Origin: Octopus vulgaris
Taxonomy: Eukaryota
Reading direction: 5' to 3'
Length of the DNA stretch: 64,000 nt
Assembly (NCBI GenBank): GCA_951406725.2
Contig: OX597841.1
Coordinates: forward strand, 1,302,001-1,366,000
This document shows positions 13,756 to 26,479 of this stretch, in pieces. Every line of letters starts with the position of its first letter. Position 1 is the stretch's first letter. The position numbers and the translations under genes are program-made. The notes beneath the pieces were generated by a model that worked only from the letters and a program-made list of their open reading frames with translations, did no database searches and had not been told where the DNA came from.

Positions 13756-14667
13756 ACGGGCTACTTTCAGTTTCCATCTACCAAATCCACTCATAAGGCT
13801 TTGGTTAGCCCGAGGCTATATTAAAAGACACTTGCCCAAGGCGCCCCTCTGTGGGACTGAACATGGAACCATGTGGTTGGGAAGTAAACTTCTTACCTCA
13901 CAGCCATGCCCACACCGAAACTGTACTTTTCTTCCTTGTATTCCTTAATTTCTTCTTGAAAATTTCTAATACTTCCTCGTGCTGTGAGAGGGTGGGGGTC
14001 GTTATGTCGTTTGCATGACACAAAGAACACCATCACATATGATAATAAATCTGTTGGTCCAGTGATGGGGATTTTCTTGAAAACAAAGCTATTAAAAGCA
14101 CTGGATCTGTTGAATCCGATGTGTGGATTCCCCCAGACATAAAACAATGGATTTACACTGGAAAAGTATTGATCTCAACACTGAGTGTCATTGAAACAAT
14201 CATAGCGTATTGATCTGTTGATCGAGTTGTGTGGATTTCCTCAGGCAGACGGACAGCAATTGTGATGAATCCAGTGAGGAAGCCTGTGCATGGTCAATCG
14301 ATCGGCTAGAAATAGCAGCTGAATCTCACTCGGATCACAATCCGTCGTTTAACTCGAGGGAAGGAAACATTCAATGATGCTGATGCAGACCTACATATGC
14401 CTAAAACAAAACAGGATGGTCATGAATGGAATGCCTCTGACCAAATCCTATACCTGGTAGATAAGGTTTATCCTAGGGTTAAACAACAAAATAATTACAA
14501 CTACATCAAGAATAGCAGGGAACATTAACCTATTATCTCCTCGCAGGGTCAATTAAGCTTTAATTAAGGACTGAGATTTATGGAATTTATTCCTTCCTCA
14601 TCCCTTGGAATTTCTGGCTTTGTATCTTAATCAGAAACCATTGTTATTCTAATTACTATTATTATTT

Positions 14668-15223
14668 TTATTGAGTGAAAGAGCAGCGAATGCTATCGAA
14701 GTGACACTGGAGTACAAATATATGAGGCCCAATATACCCACCATGACTCCCCATCTGATAAAGATGCACCAGGCACATGTATTACAACCATATGTGTGCA
14801 ACATGGTGAAGTCATATGAAGATAAACAGCTTATGAGCTTGCAGGTGGGGCTCATTTAGAATTTTCGTCAGGTCATGTAGCCCATCCTGTTCAAAAATTT
14901 CCTGAATAAGGTTTGTTTAAGGATGATAAACGAAACGCCCATGTTTTCAGAGGTGAATTATTCAAACCCCAAAGAATTTCTCTCAACACATGGCTATGAT
15001 GCTCTCCCACTTCTGCTCATGACCAGAGACGCACATATCATCAGCCACTAGGGCACCTGCTGGACTAGTTACAGTCAAACAACTGAAAAGTGAGTCTGTG
15101 GGGTTCAACAAAAAATTTACTGTGGCCCTTCTTTTATACCAAGAAAAAATATGTACATATTAACACTTCTAATCAGTTAAGACCAAAAGCCATGAAATTC
15201 TCTGCCTCATATTGCATCAGGTC

Positions 15224-15225
<2 letters not shown>
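14668..15225. mobile_element. Unclassified interspersed repeat flanked by (ATT)n; partial copy at 31708-31928
   Basis: gagtgaaagagcagc..gtgacactgg..cccaatataccc..gcaggtggggc is shared by both loci. Confidence 0.65.
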
Positions 15226-15280
<55 letters not shown>

Positions 15281-15620
15281 GCCTTTGCTCAGCTTCTTAC
15301 GCTGGAGATGTACTACAGCGTCAGCTGTTCACTAACAGTGAACTAAGGTAACACCTCTTGTGTTTTTGAGCACCTTCCGGAGTATTCGAGCGGTTCCAAG
15401 CAGTGCTGTTGTCTGCAAGTGCTCCACCCTTATTGCAGCCCCTATTCCATGTACTTCTCGAGATTTTTACTCATGATTCCCAGGGCTCCGACAAGTATTG
15501 ACACTACTGCTACCATTTTCATCGACCACAACTGCTTAACTTCCCAAGCTAACCTGTCATATCTCTCCACTTTTCTTTCTTCGTTATTGCATATCTTTGA
15601 TCCAGCATAGTTATTTGTCA
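15281..15620 (-). mobile_element. RLE-type (R4/Dong-like) non-LTR element 3' fragment abutting (ATT)n
   Basis: EERKVERYDRLAWEVKQLW..VSILVGALG..LQTTALLGTARILRKVL. Confidence 0.8.
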
Positions 15621-16754
15621 TTGTCATTGCCTCTGTGAGGCCCAACACTCGAAAGGTGCTTTTTATGTGCCACCAGCACAGGTGCTATACACCTGACACC
15701 GGCGTTGACCACATTCTCTGTGTATATATATTTTTATGCTTGTCTGAGCTAAGTTGGAAAGGTGGTGCTTCAGACAGCTGTTATGATTATGTTCTTGAGG
15801 TATTGTATATATGCCTGGGGGTTTGGTGGTAATTTCCCATTTAGTGACAGGGATTTTGAGGACTGGAATTTACTGCAATAACAAACTGTGCCCCTTGAAT
15901 ACTATCGTTCATTTTCGGTTTTTTTTTGTATTTTTCTTGATTTAATCAGTGGTCTGCAAGTGTGGCATGCATGTAACTTATGTTGATGTGAAGTAAATTG
16001 TTTTACGAAAACCTACATTTGTGAGACAAGGAATTTATACTTTGTACAGCATCATCATCATCCAGTGTTTTAAATCCAGGTTTTGTCCCTGTTAACGGGG
16101 GTGGCTGGATCTACCTCAAATGCCATAGCAACCGAGGTAAGCAGGTGTAGCCCACCCCAACCTTTGGGCTGGCTGGTGCCCATTCTCCTTTGCTATCGTG
16201 AGGCTTTTTTTGAGCTGTATTTTCCAAGGGGTTCATTCCCTTGCTTATCCCCAACTTCAGTTTCTAGACATGAGCAGTCCTGAGACCAAGGCCTCTACCA
16301 TAATTTTTAAGAATTGTGGTGGAAAACTAGCCCAGGAAGGCAGGGACGCTACTCCCTGAGATCCCTTTCAGAGCCCCACTACTACGTACATAGTTTATAT
16401 TAGTTAGAATGGTGTCCTGATCTTTAGTGTTGATTTCACAATCTTTTGGCTGTTTTTTGCTTCAGTCTTCTTACAGGTGTCTTATGTCAAACTTGGTTGT
16501 TGCATCGGAACTTTGATTCAACAACCAAGATGAAAACAAGACGCATGAAGAACGCTGGAGGATACAACAATCAAAAGACAGTGAAAGCAATGCAACAGTC
16601 AAAACAAGAGCAATGAACCAGCTAATATAAACAGTATACATATATTGTTTTAGGATCTTCTGTTCAACATAGTTTGTTATACACCTTCCCCTTGACTTAT
16701 GACCGAGTTCCATTCCAACCGACAAGTCATAAGTTGATCTGGTCGTGTACCACA

Positions 16755-16796
<42 letters not shown>

Positions 16797-17969
16797 CATC
16801 GAAACAAATATCAATGGAAATAGTAGTTGTGATATGTGTGCCGGTGGCACATAAAAAGCACCATCTGAACGTGGCCGATGCCAGCACCGCCTCGACTGGC
16901 TCCTGTGCCGGTGGCACATAAAAAGCACGATCCGAATGTGGTTGATGCCAGCGCCACCTTGGCTGGCTTCCGTGCCGGTGGCACGTTAAAAGCACCAACC
17001 GATCGTGGCCGATGCCAGACCCCCTGGCACCTGTGCAGGTGGCACGTAAAAAGCACCCACTACATTCGCGGAGTGGTTGGCGTTAGGAAGGGCATCCAGC
17101 TGTAGAAACACTGCCAGATCAGACTGGAGCCTGGTGCAGCCTTGGCTTCCAAGACCCCAGTCGAACCGTCCAACCCGTGCTAGCGCGGAAAACGGACATT
17201 AAACGATGATGATGATGATGATGATGATATATATGTGACAGGCTTCTTTCAGTTTCTGTCTGCCAAATCCATTCACAAGGCTTTGGTCAGCCTGAGGCTA
17301 TAGAGGAAGACATCTGCTCAAGGTGCCATGCAGTGGGACTGAACCTAGAACCATGTGGTTGGTAAGCAAGATATTTACCACACAGCCACTGCTGCACAGC
17401 ATCTACGAGATTATGTAATATATTATGCAACTTTTATCTCATTAGACTACCAAATAAACCAGAGGGCAGTGACCTGTTGATTAATCAACAATTCAGGACT
17501 TGAACTCATAACCTAACGGTTATGAGGAAAATATTGCAATCACTGAACACCTTGCCTTCACCAAGCTAAAGATACCAAGGGGCAGACACCTTCATCTGCT
17601 GTTTCTGACAGGAGTATCCACTGTGTGTGTGTGTGTGCTTATTTAAATGTGTATATAAATATGTAGAGATAGATAGACAGACAGATACATAAATAAATAT
17701 GTGTGTGTGTGTGTGCATGCGTGTATGTATGTATGTATAGATAGATAGATAGACAGAATTGCATAAATAGATAAACGTGTGTGCGTGTATGTGTTTGTAT
17801 GTGTGTGTGTGTGTGTGTATGTGCGTGTCTGTGTGTGTGTGTGTGTGCGTGCGTGTATGTATGTATAGATGGATAGACAGGCAGAGATGCATAAATAGAT
17901 AAACATGCATGTGTGTGTGTGCGTGCATGCATGTATGTATAGGTAGACAGACAGATACATAAATAGATG

Positions 17970-18006
<37 letters not shown>

Positions 18007-18147
18007 ATGTATGATAGATGTTGCCTGATATCAAACTCGTAACCTCATGATTGAAAACCATACACCTCAAAGCACCAAGTGTCGCGTCTTTACATTGAGT
18101 CCTAACAACTGGTTATTAATATTGCTATGTCTAACTGAAATTATAAA

Positions 18148-18187
<40 letters not shown>

Positions 18188-18358
18188 AAAGGAAATGAAG
18201 AAAATGCTGACAAAATAATTTAAGTAAGGGAGAGTGTATTTAATTAGGTGAAAGTTCTTTTTACTGGTTGCGCATTTGTTATGCTTATCAAAAGATATTT
18301 TTTTAAGAGAGATAGAGTTCCTTTCTGATAGATTTTTTTCTCTTATCTGTCTGTTTTT

Positions 18359-18391
<33 letters not shown>

Positions 18392-18394
<3 letters not shown>

Positions 18395-18463
18395 CAAATT
18401 AAGCAACAAGGATATCCAGAGGTAATGCGTTACCTCTGGATATCCTTGTTGCTTATTTTGATT
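18392..18463. repeat. 34-bp-arm hairpin, 4-nt loop
   Basis: aatcaaattaagcaacaaggatatccagaggtaa-tgcg-ttacctctggatatccttgttgcttattttgatt, one mismatch. Confidence 0.92.
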
Positions 18464-18542
18464 TTAATCACCTTACTTTCAAATTGTATGGATAATACCG
18501 TACTAAAATCTGGTGCCTCAACATGTACCATGTTCATCTGAA

Positions 18543-18599
<57 letters not shown>

Positions 18600-18815
18600 T
18601 TATAATAAAGGTTTTTTTGCAACAAGTTGCTTAAATCATATACCGAAAATATTAGAAATAGCAGTCAAATGGGCTACTATTACTATTGCTACAAAAATAA
18701 GTCTCCACAAACAACAGTATTTGTAACCTATAATTTTTACCGAATATGGTCCTTTCCATACTGAAAGACTACTAGGTGAAATTTATCGATTTTATTAAAT
18801 TAATTATATTTCACC

Positions 18816-18848
<33 letters not shown>

Positions 18849-18851
<3 letters not shown>

Positions 18852-19064
18852 GGTTATTGATAAGTTCCTGGCTTTGGGTAAAAGAAAATCTAGGAGGATC
18901 AGTTAATTATGATTTTATTCAACATATTCCCCTCTCAGATTCACACACTTATTGCAGCTGTCCTTCAGTTTTACTAAGTCCTGTCAAAGAACTCACAAGT
19001 TTGGGCCTCCAGTCAGGCCTTTTTACGAGACCCTTAAAACCAGGAACTTTTCAGCACCGCCTTG
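18849..19064. mobile_element. Mariner-type MITE, copy 1
   Basis: Imperfect TIRs (gggg..tgataagttcctggcttt / aaaaccaggaacttttcagcacc) flanked by TA; near-identical copy at 19588-19804. Confidence 0.75.
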
Positions 19065-19094
19065 TATATATATATGAATTGTTCCTCTCACACC

Positions 19095-19149
19095 GTCTCC
19101 GATGAAGGGATATTATTATTAATTAATATTCTCGAAACAGCTGTAAGAC
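19095..19149 (+). ncRNA. Type I hammerhead-ribozyme motif (CCGAUGA core)
   Basis: gtct-CCGATGA-a-gggatatta..taatattctc-GAAA-CAGCTG-TA-agac; stem I gtct/agac; stem III palindrome ACAGCTGT. Confidence 0.7.
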
Positions 19150-19216
19150 CTTCTATCTATAAATGCTCTAATATCTATACAGCCTTGGTTTTTTTATCTC
19201 ATTACGCAAAAAATTC

Positions 19217-19258
<42 letters not shown>

Positions 19259-19350
19259 AATAATAATCAGGGTAAAATTAATTAATTAGTAATTAATAAT
19301 TTTACCAAGCAGTGTTCAGTATGTAAAAGGACCATTTACTGTATATTTAA

Positions 19351-19440
19351 ACATTACTTTATATAATTAGGGTCCAGCAAAAACATTCAGCAAACATTCA
19401 GCAAATGTTTTTGCTGAACCCTAATTATATAAAGTAATGT
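19351..19440. repeat. 37-bp-arm hairpin
   Basis: acattactttatataattagggtccagcaaaaacatt mirrored at 19404-19440, one mismatch. Confidence 0.9.
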
Positions 19441-19524
19441 ATATATATATATATATATATATATCATCATCATCATCATCGTTTAACGTCCGCTTTCCAT
19501 GTTAAACGATGATGATGATGATGA

Positions 19525-19567
<43 letters not shown>

Positions 19568-19587
19568 CACACACACACATATGCATA

Positions 19588-19804
19588 TGAATGGGTGCTG
19601 AAAAGATCCTGGTTCTGGGTAAAAGAAAATACAAGGGAATCAGTTAATTATGGTTTTATTCAACATATTCCCCTCTCAGATTCACACACTTATTGCAACG
19701 GTCCTTCAGTTTTTTAAAACCCTGTAAAAGAACTCGGAAGTTTGGGCCTCCAGTCAGGCTTTTTACGAGACCCTTAAAACCAGGAACTTTTCAGCACTGC
19801 CTTG
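19588..19804. mobile_element. Mariner-type MITE, copy 2
   Basis: ggtgctgaaaagatcctgg / ccaggaacttttcagcac TIRs; aligns with 18849-19064. Confidence 0.75.
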
Positions 19805-20128
19805 TATATATCTATATATGTCTATGTGCAAAAGTCATGTAGGTCCTGGTCAATCAAAATTCATAATTCAGATCTGCGCCTGGCCCTTGCCCACTCTCAC
19901 ATGAAACTTTTATTCCATTGTTTTTCTTCCTTGCTCTAACTCACCAGTTTCTTTTAACAAGTGAACAGACAACATGACAAGAATTAATTTAATTAGATTT
20001 ATTAGATCATTAATTAACTAATAACTGTACAGACAGGTGAGTCAGTTTTGTTTATATTTAAGTTTTTGAGTTCATCTGTTTCTACTGCTTGTCTAATCAT
20101 TTCTTTCCTGCTTTCTCGTTCATTACAG

Positions 20129-20295
20129 GCTGCCACATTGTACTGTGTGTGTATGGAGTACGCAGCAGGTGGAGAACTATATTCATTCATAAAAATACAC
20201 CCTGAAAATCGGTTGCCCGAAGATCGGGCCCGTCCTTACATTAGGCAGATAATATCGGCCGTTCATTATTTACATGAACGAGGTGTGGCCCATCG
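20129..20295 (+). CDS. Internal exon of an AMPK-related (CAMKL; HUNK/MARK-like) Ser/Thr kinase, subdomains IV-VIa
   Basis: Polypyrimidine tract plus ttacAG acceptor (20127-28) and GTAAGT donor at 20296. 167 nt encode AATLYCVCMEYAAGGELYSFIKIHPENRLPEDRARPYIRQIISAVHYLHERGVAH+CG, with the kinase hinge (MEYAAGGEL) and the YLH..G..HR motif. Confidence 0.93.
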
Positions 20296-20839
20296 GTAAG
20301 TAAACTCTGATATATATATTCTTCGTTTTTCAGATCTGGGGTTGCTTTTTTGTGTTGCCGTATTTTTATGGCATAAAAGAGACGCACGGGTGTATCTGAT
20401 GCACCCCACTTTCGGCATTTCATGTTCAGAAGAAAAAGAAAGAAGAAGTAAAAAAAAAAAACGGTTTTATTGTGTATAAATCCTTAAATCCTTAAAAATG
20501 TTTTAGCCCGAAGGCCATGGCCATGCTGGGGCACCACCGCTGTTGAATATGTAATATTTGAAATGTGTGCATGACAACATCACAAAAGTACCAGAGCTAT
20601 ATCAGGAAACCTCTTCCTCCTCCTCCTCCTCCTCATCATCATCATCATCATCATCATCATCACCATCATCATCACCATCATCATCACCATCAACACCATC
20701 ATGATCATGATCATCACCATCACCACCACCACCACCATCATGATGATGATGATCCATCATCATCATCACCACCATCATCACCATCACCACCACCACCATC
20801 ATGATCATAATGATCATCATCATCACCATCACCATCACC

Positions 20840-20870
<31 letters not shown>

Positions 20871-22015
20871 CCACCACCGCCACCGCCACCACCACCACCA
20901 TCACGATCATGCTCATCATCATTTAACATCTGTTTTCTATGCAGGCATGGGCTACACGGCTTGACAGGAATTGACAAGTTGGGGAGCAGTACCAGGCTCC
21001 TGTTGTCTGTTTTGGCATGGTTGCTATGGCTTGATGTCCTTCCTAATGCCAACCACTCTACAGAGTGTACTGGGTGCGTTTTGTGTGACACCAGCACATA
21101 ATAAGATACAGAAACAATAATAAAGCAAAAAAAAAAAAGATTATAATTCCTGAGTGGTTTCCCTCACTTAAAGGGAAACTTCGCCCTCCTTTCTATTTCT
21201 TAGTAAATTGTCTTTCTCTTCTTCTCTTACTCCAAATGCAACTGTAGGTGGCAGCACCAACAGTGTGGTGGCGCAATGGCTCAGTGGTTAGGGCAGCAGA
21301 CTCGCGGTCGTAAGAACGTGGTTTCGATTCCCAGACCAGACATTGTGTGAGTGTTTATTGAGCAAAAACACCTAAGCTCCACAGGGCTCCGGCAAGTGTA
21401 GGGTGAACCCCGCTGTACTCTTTCACCCCATGTTCCATTGTCTGCTTTGCCAAAGTTTCTACACCCCAATGTCTTTCCTAATGTCAACCACTCCACAGAG
21501 TGTGTTGGGTGCCTTTTATGTGGCACCAGTACTTCTTAGATGGCACCATGATTACTATGATACCAAAAGTACAGCAAGGGCTGTGTGGTAAGTAGCTTGC
21601 TTACGAACCACATGGTTCCGGGTTCAGTCCCACTGCGTGGCATCTTGGGCAAGTGTCTTCTACTATAGCCCTCGGGCCGACCAAAGCCTTGTGAGTGGAT
21701 TTGGTAGACGGAAACCGAAAGAAGCCCGTCGTATATATGTATATATATGTGTGCATGTGTATGTTTGTGTGTCTGTGTTTGTCACCCTAGCATTGCTTGA
21801 CAACCGATGCTGGTGTGTTTACGTCCCCGTCACTTAGCAGTTCGGCAAAAGAGACCGATAGAACAAGTACTGGGCTTACAAAGAATAAGTCCTGGGGTCG
21901 ATTTGCTCGACTAAAGGCGGTGCTCCAGCATGGCCACAGTCAAATGACTGAAACAAGTAAAAGAGTAAAGAGTACTGCAAGGTATCATATATCTTGGTCC
22001 TGTTTTTATAATAAA

Positions 22016-22411
22016 CTAGCAGTATCGCCTGGCGTTGCTCGGGTTTGTAAGGGAAATAACTATATAAGCATTTTTAGAGATGTAAAGTATAATAGCCATC
22101 TCAATATGGCTAACCACAAAGGTGGGGTGTTACTGTAGCTTTTTACGTTCTGAGATTTAATAATAAATTTTTAGAGAGTTACTTCCCTTATATATGCCAA
22201 AAATACATTAAAAATGGGAAAAATTAATGGTAAATTTTTTTTTAAATCGTAGACTCATCGTAGACGCGCGCTAATACCCAGAAGGGCTCGATATGAATCC
22301 CGACTATAAGATACCCGGTTTTGGTTAAACTGCACCGCAAAATGTGGGAGTAGTTAGGAATCTAAATCGTAGGAGACAGACAGCACACAACCTCTCTTTT
22401 ATATATAAAGA
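22016..22411 (-). mobile_element. Non-autonomous Helitron, same termini as 12233-12744 with a different interior
   Basis: ctagcagtatcgcctggcgttgctcgggtttgtaagggaaataac at one end and ggagacagac..ttttatatataaaga at the other. Confidence 0.85.
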
Positions 22412-22636
22412 TTATCAGTCAAGAACTAGGGGCAATATAGTCTACAGACAGTCATCTCCTCAAAACAGCTGGAATTCTACCTGAATCAGAAATCATAATT
22501 TCTTACTGAATTGTCAGGATTGGTAAAGCACCAGACTAAATCCCCATGTGGCATTCTTTCCAGTTCTTACAACATGTGTTCAAATCGTGCTAAGGTCAGC
22601 TTGCCTTTCTTCCTTTCAAGACTTGATAAGATGATG

Positions 22637-23217
22637 TACCTATTTCTTTATTACCCACAAAGGGCTAAACACAGAGGGGACAAACAAGGACAGACATAGG
22701 TACTAAGTCGATTACATTGACCCCAGTGCGTAACTGGTACTTAATTTATCGACCCCGAAAGGATGAAAGGCAAAGTCGACCTCGGCGGAATTTGAACTCA
22801 GAAGGTAATGGCAGACAAAATACCTATTTCTTTATTACCCACAAGGGGCTAAACATAGAGGAGACAAACATGGACAGACATAGGTATTAAGTCGATTACA
22901 TCAACCCCAGTGCGCAACTGGTACTTAATTTATCGACCCCGAAAGGATGAAAGGCAAAGTCGACCTCGGCGGAATTTGAACTCAGAACATAATGGCAGAC
23001 GAAATACCTATTTCTTTATTACCCACAAGGGGCTAAACACAGAGGAGACAAACAAGGACAGACATAGGTACTAAGTTGATTACATCGACCCCAGTGTGTA
23101 ACTGGTACATAATTTATTGACCCCAAAAGGATGAAAGGCAAAGTCAACCTCAGCGGAATTTGAACTCAGAACGTAATGGCAGACGAAATACCGCTAAGTT
23201 CTGCCAGCTCGCCGCCT
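22637..23217 (-). mobile_element. SINE family B head plus three tandem 184-bp bodies with one 15-bp TSD
   Basis: cctatttctttattacccaca at 22639, 22823 and 23007; ataagatgatgtacc at 22626-40 and 23220-34. Confidence 0.9.
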
Positions 23218-23632
23218 TCATAAGATGATGTACCAGTCCAGCATTGGGACTTGATGAGTCCAACTAAGCTCGTATCAAAGTTGTTGGCCTTGTGATTAAA
23301 TTCCTTTGATCACCTGTTTGTTTAATCTCTCATTCTCTCAATCCTTTAATACCGCATTCCTCCAATCATTCAGAGTCTCATTTCTCTGATCCCTCATTGC
23401 ACAATCCATCAATCCTTCATTTCCCTAATCCCTCATACCTTCCTTCATTCAATCCATTGTTCCTCCAGTCTCTCATTCCCTTAATCCTTTAGTCACTCAT
23501 TCCTTAAATAAGTCTCTTTTTCTTCTCATTCCCTCACAATACTAATTCACAAATTCATGCATTCTTTCATTCCTTACACCATTTATTCCTTTTCTTTTTT
23601 CCATACATAGATACATACACGCACATATATAT

Positions 23633-23676
<44 letters not shown>

Positions 23677-23825
23677 GTGTGTGTATATATATATATATAT
23701 ACATATTCTTTTATATATAATACATACATACATACATACACATATACATATATCCATATACATATGTGTATACGCACACACCTATGCATATATACATATA
23801 TATGCATATATATATGTATATATAC

Positions 23826-23876
<51 letters not shown>

Positions 23877-24164
23877 TAGATATATATACATGTATATACA
23901 TATATATATGTATATATATATATATATATATATACATACATACATACACACACACATATATATATATATATACATAGATACATATATATATATATACATA
24001 TACATACATACATTAAATACATATACACATACATGCGTTCAAACATGCATACATACATACATACATACATACATACACGCATGCATACATATATCTACGC
24101 ACTGAGGTTCGCAGGAGGCAGGAAGGGTTATTCGGAGAACGGGAGGGGCTGGCTGGCGGGCGGG

Positions 24165-24196
<32 letters not shown>

Positions 24197-24624
24197 CTGG
24201 CTGGCTGGCTGGCTGGCTGGTTAGTTCATCGGTTTTGGGAGGTGATAAGCAGAGTTAACAAGTGCTTCATTTATAGAATACACAATATATAGAATATGGC
24301 ATAGAAAGTGTGTGGCAGCGGAACGGGGGTGTGGATTGGCAGCAGGAAGCTAACGGCAAAATTGACCAAGGATAGAAAGGCCTGCTCATCTATCGGTATT
24401 GATCACAGTCGCAAGTTGAGTTTAATTTCCTTTATGTGCTGCAAGAATTCATGAAAATCTGTGGCTGGCAGTCTGGCAGATCAGTTCTCTTGTCTGTTTG
24501 TCAGATGGGTGGGCTCTCTTTCCTTTTCTCTTTCTCTCTCTCTCTCTCTGTATATGACGCCGTCTGATGCTTTATAATGTGTATGTATGTGTGTGTGTGT
24601 GTATACATACATACATACATATAG

Positions 24625-24655
<31 letters not shown>

Positions 24656-24725
24656 CATATACATATATTTATATATATTTATATGTATATATATATATAT
24701 ATATATACACAGATATATATATATA

Positions 24726-24781
<56 letters not shown>

Positions 24782-24817
24782 GGCTCACACATAAGAATTT
24801 ATGTACACACATGCATG

Positions 24818-24858
<41 letters not shown>

Positions 24859-24917
24859 ATAGCTACAGAGATAGAGGGAAGGCATATTTATGTGTACATT
24901 CACCTATATTACATACA

Positions 24918-24963
<46 letters not shown>

Positions 24964-25164
24964 CGATGTATATATGTCCTTACGAAGTACAGGATATACA
25001 TAATACTGTATATTTCATTATATATATATATATATACATACATTTGTATATACATATATATACATATATATACACATATATATACATATATATATACATA
25101 CATATATATATGTATGTATATGTATGTATATATATATGTATATATATATGTATATATATGTATG

Positions 25165-25195
<31 letters not shown>

Positions 25196-25552
25196 GTATG
25201 TATATATATATATGTATGTATATATATATATATGTATATATATACATATATATATATATATATGTATATATATGTATATATAACATATAATACATATAGA
25301 TTCTTTTATCTTTTACTTGTATTATGCATTGTATTATGTATGTAGCGAGTTATATACACAAGTTTGTATATTATTGGTTTGCATCCCGTTTCTTTATAAA
25401 TATGTATGATGCCGTACGTACGCACGCACGCACACACAAAGACACACACACACACACACATACATTAAGACACGCACCCATATATATTTCTACGCACGCA
25501 TCCATTGGCGTTGTAACTTGTTTGGCGAGTGACTTGGTTTATTTGTTTCTGT

Positions 25553-25715
25553 TGCAGGAGTGGCTGTGTGGTAAGTAGCTTGCTAACCAACCACATGGTT
25601 GCGGGTTCAGTCCCGCTGCGTGGCATCTTGGGCAAGTGTCTTCTGCTATAGCCCCAGGCCGACCAATGCCTTGTGAGTGGATTTGGTAGACGGAAACTGA
25701 AAGAAGCCTGTCGTA

Positions 25716-25762
<47 letters not shown>

Positions 25763-25972
25763 TTGTGTGTCTGTGTTTGTCCCCCTAGCATTGCTTGACA
25801 ACCGATGCAGGTGTGTTTACGTCCCCGTCACTTAGCGGTTCGGCAAAAGAGATCGATAGAATAAGTACTAGGCTTACAAAGAATAAGTCGCGGGGTCGAT
25901 TCGCTCGACTAAAGGTGGTGCTCCAGCATGGCCGCAGTCAAATGACTGAAACAAGTAAAAGAGTAAAAGAGT
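25553..25972 (+). mobile_element. SINE family A, full length: tRNA head, CORE-like segment, internal (TA/TG)n, (AGTAAAAG)n tail (representative)
   Basis: A box tggctgtgtgg, B box ggttcagtcc, tcttgggcaagt. Other copies at about 2755-2925(+), 3715-4112(-), 4315-4705(+), 5065-5560, 6283-6675(+), 13332-13912(-), 17235-17395(-), 21578-21973(+), 30429-30825(+), 31022-31172(+), 37492-37885(-), 38810-39237(-), 44512-44840, 47035-47165(+), 55390-55550(+), 57803-58175(-). Confidence 0.92.
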
Positions 25973-26244
25973 AATCTCATACAGCAGGCCAAAGACATTT
26001 CAATTCTTTGGAGCACATTAAACCGTTACGTGCTATTCGCTGCTCATTTATTTCTTAATAATTACCCTCGCTCTCGTATCCAGCGACAGAGAAATCATCG
26101 TTACACATCTGCGACCTGTTTACTGGCTCTTTTCTATTGTTGTCGCAGGAGGAACGGTAATTGCGCCGGCGAGATGCACTGGAACTGCAACTGGGTGCAC
26201 TTAAAGTGGAATGCGATATTTGACACTTTTAGTTCGTTGTGTTA

Positions 26245-26479
26245 TAATAATAATGAAATTAATTGTATACAGTGCTCAGGCGCACCACAACTTGTCAGAA
26301 AGTGCGTATAAAGTATATGCAGTAATGTAGAAATGTCTGGAAAGTGAACAGTGTATGAGTCAGATACATGCTTGTGTATGTATGGAGGGGAGAAAATTAA
26401 GTGTATTGTTGCCGAATCTCAGGAAGCATGGAAGTTTTGAAGGATGCAGTGCTCCGACAACTAACAACCGATGCCGGCA
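26245..26479 (-). mobile_element. CR1-clade LINE extreme 3' end, related to 38272-38580
   Basis: PASVVSCRSTASFKTSMLPEIRQQYT*; shares tacagtgctcagg.gcac.acaactt with the other copy. Confidence 0.8.

Noticed and set aside
16477-16630. Strong acceptor-like site (ttcttacag) followed by purine-rich sequence
   Set aside because: All three frames hit stops, there is no kinase similarity and no convincing donor.
20048-20128. N-terminal part of the listed 83-aa ORF
   Set aside because: Intronic polypyrimidine tract upstream of the acceptor at 20127-28.
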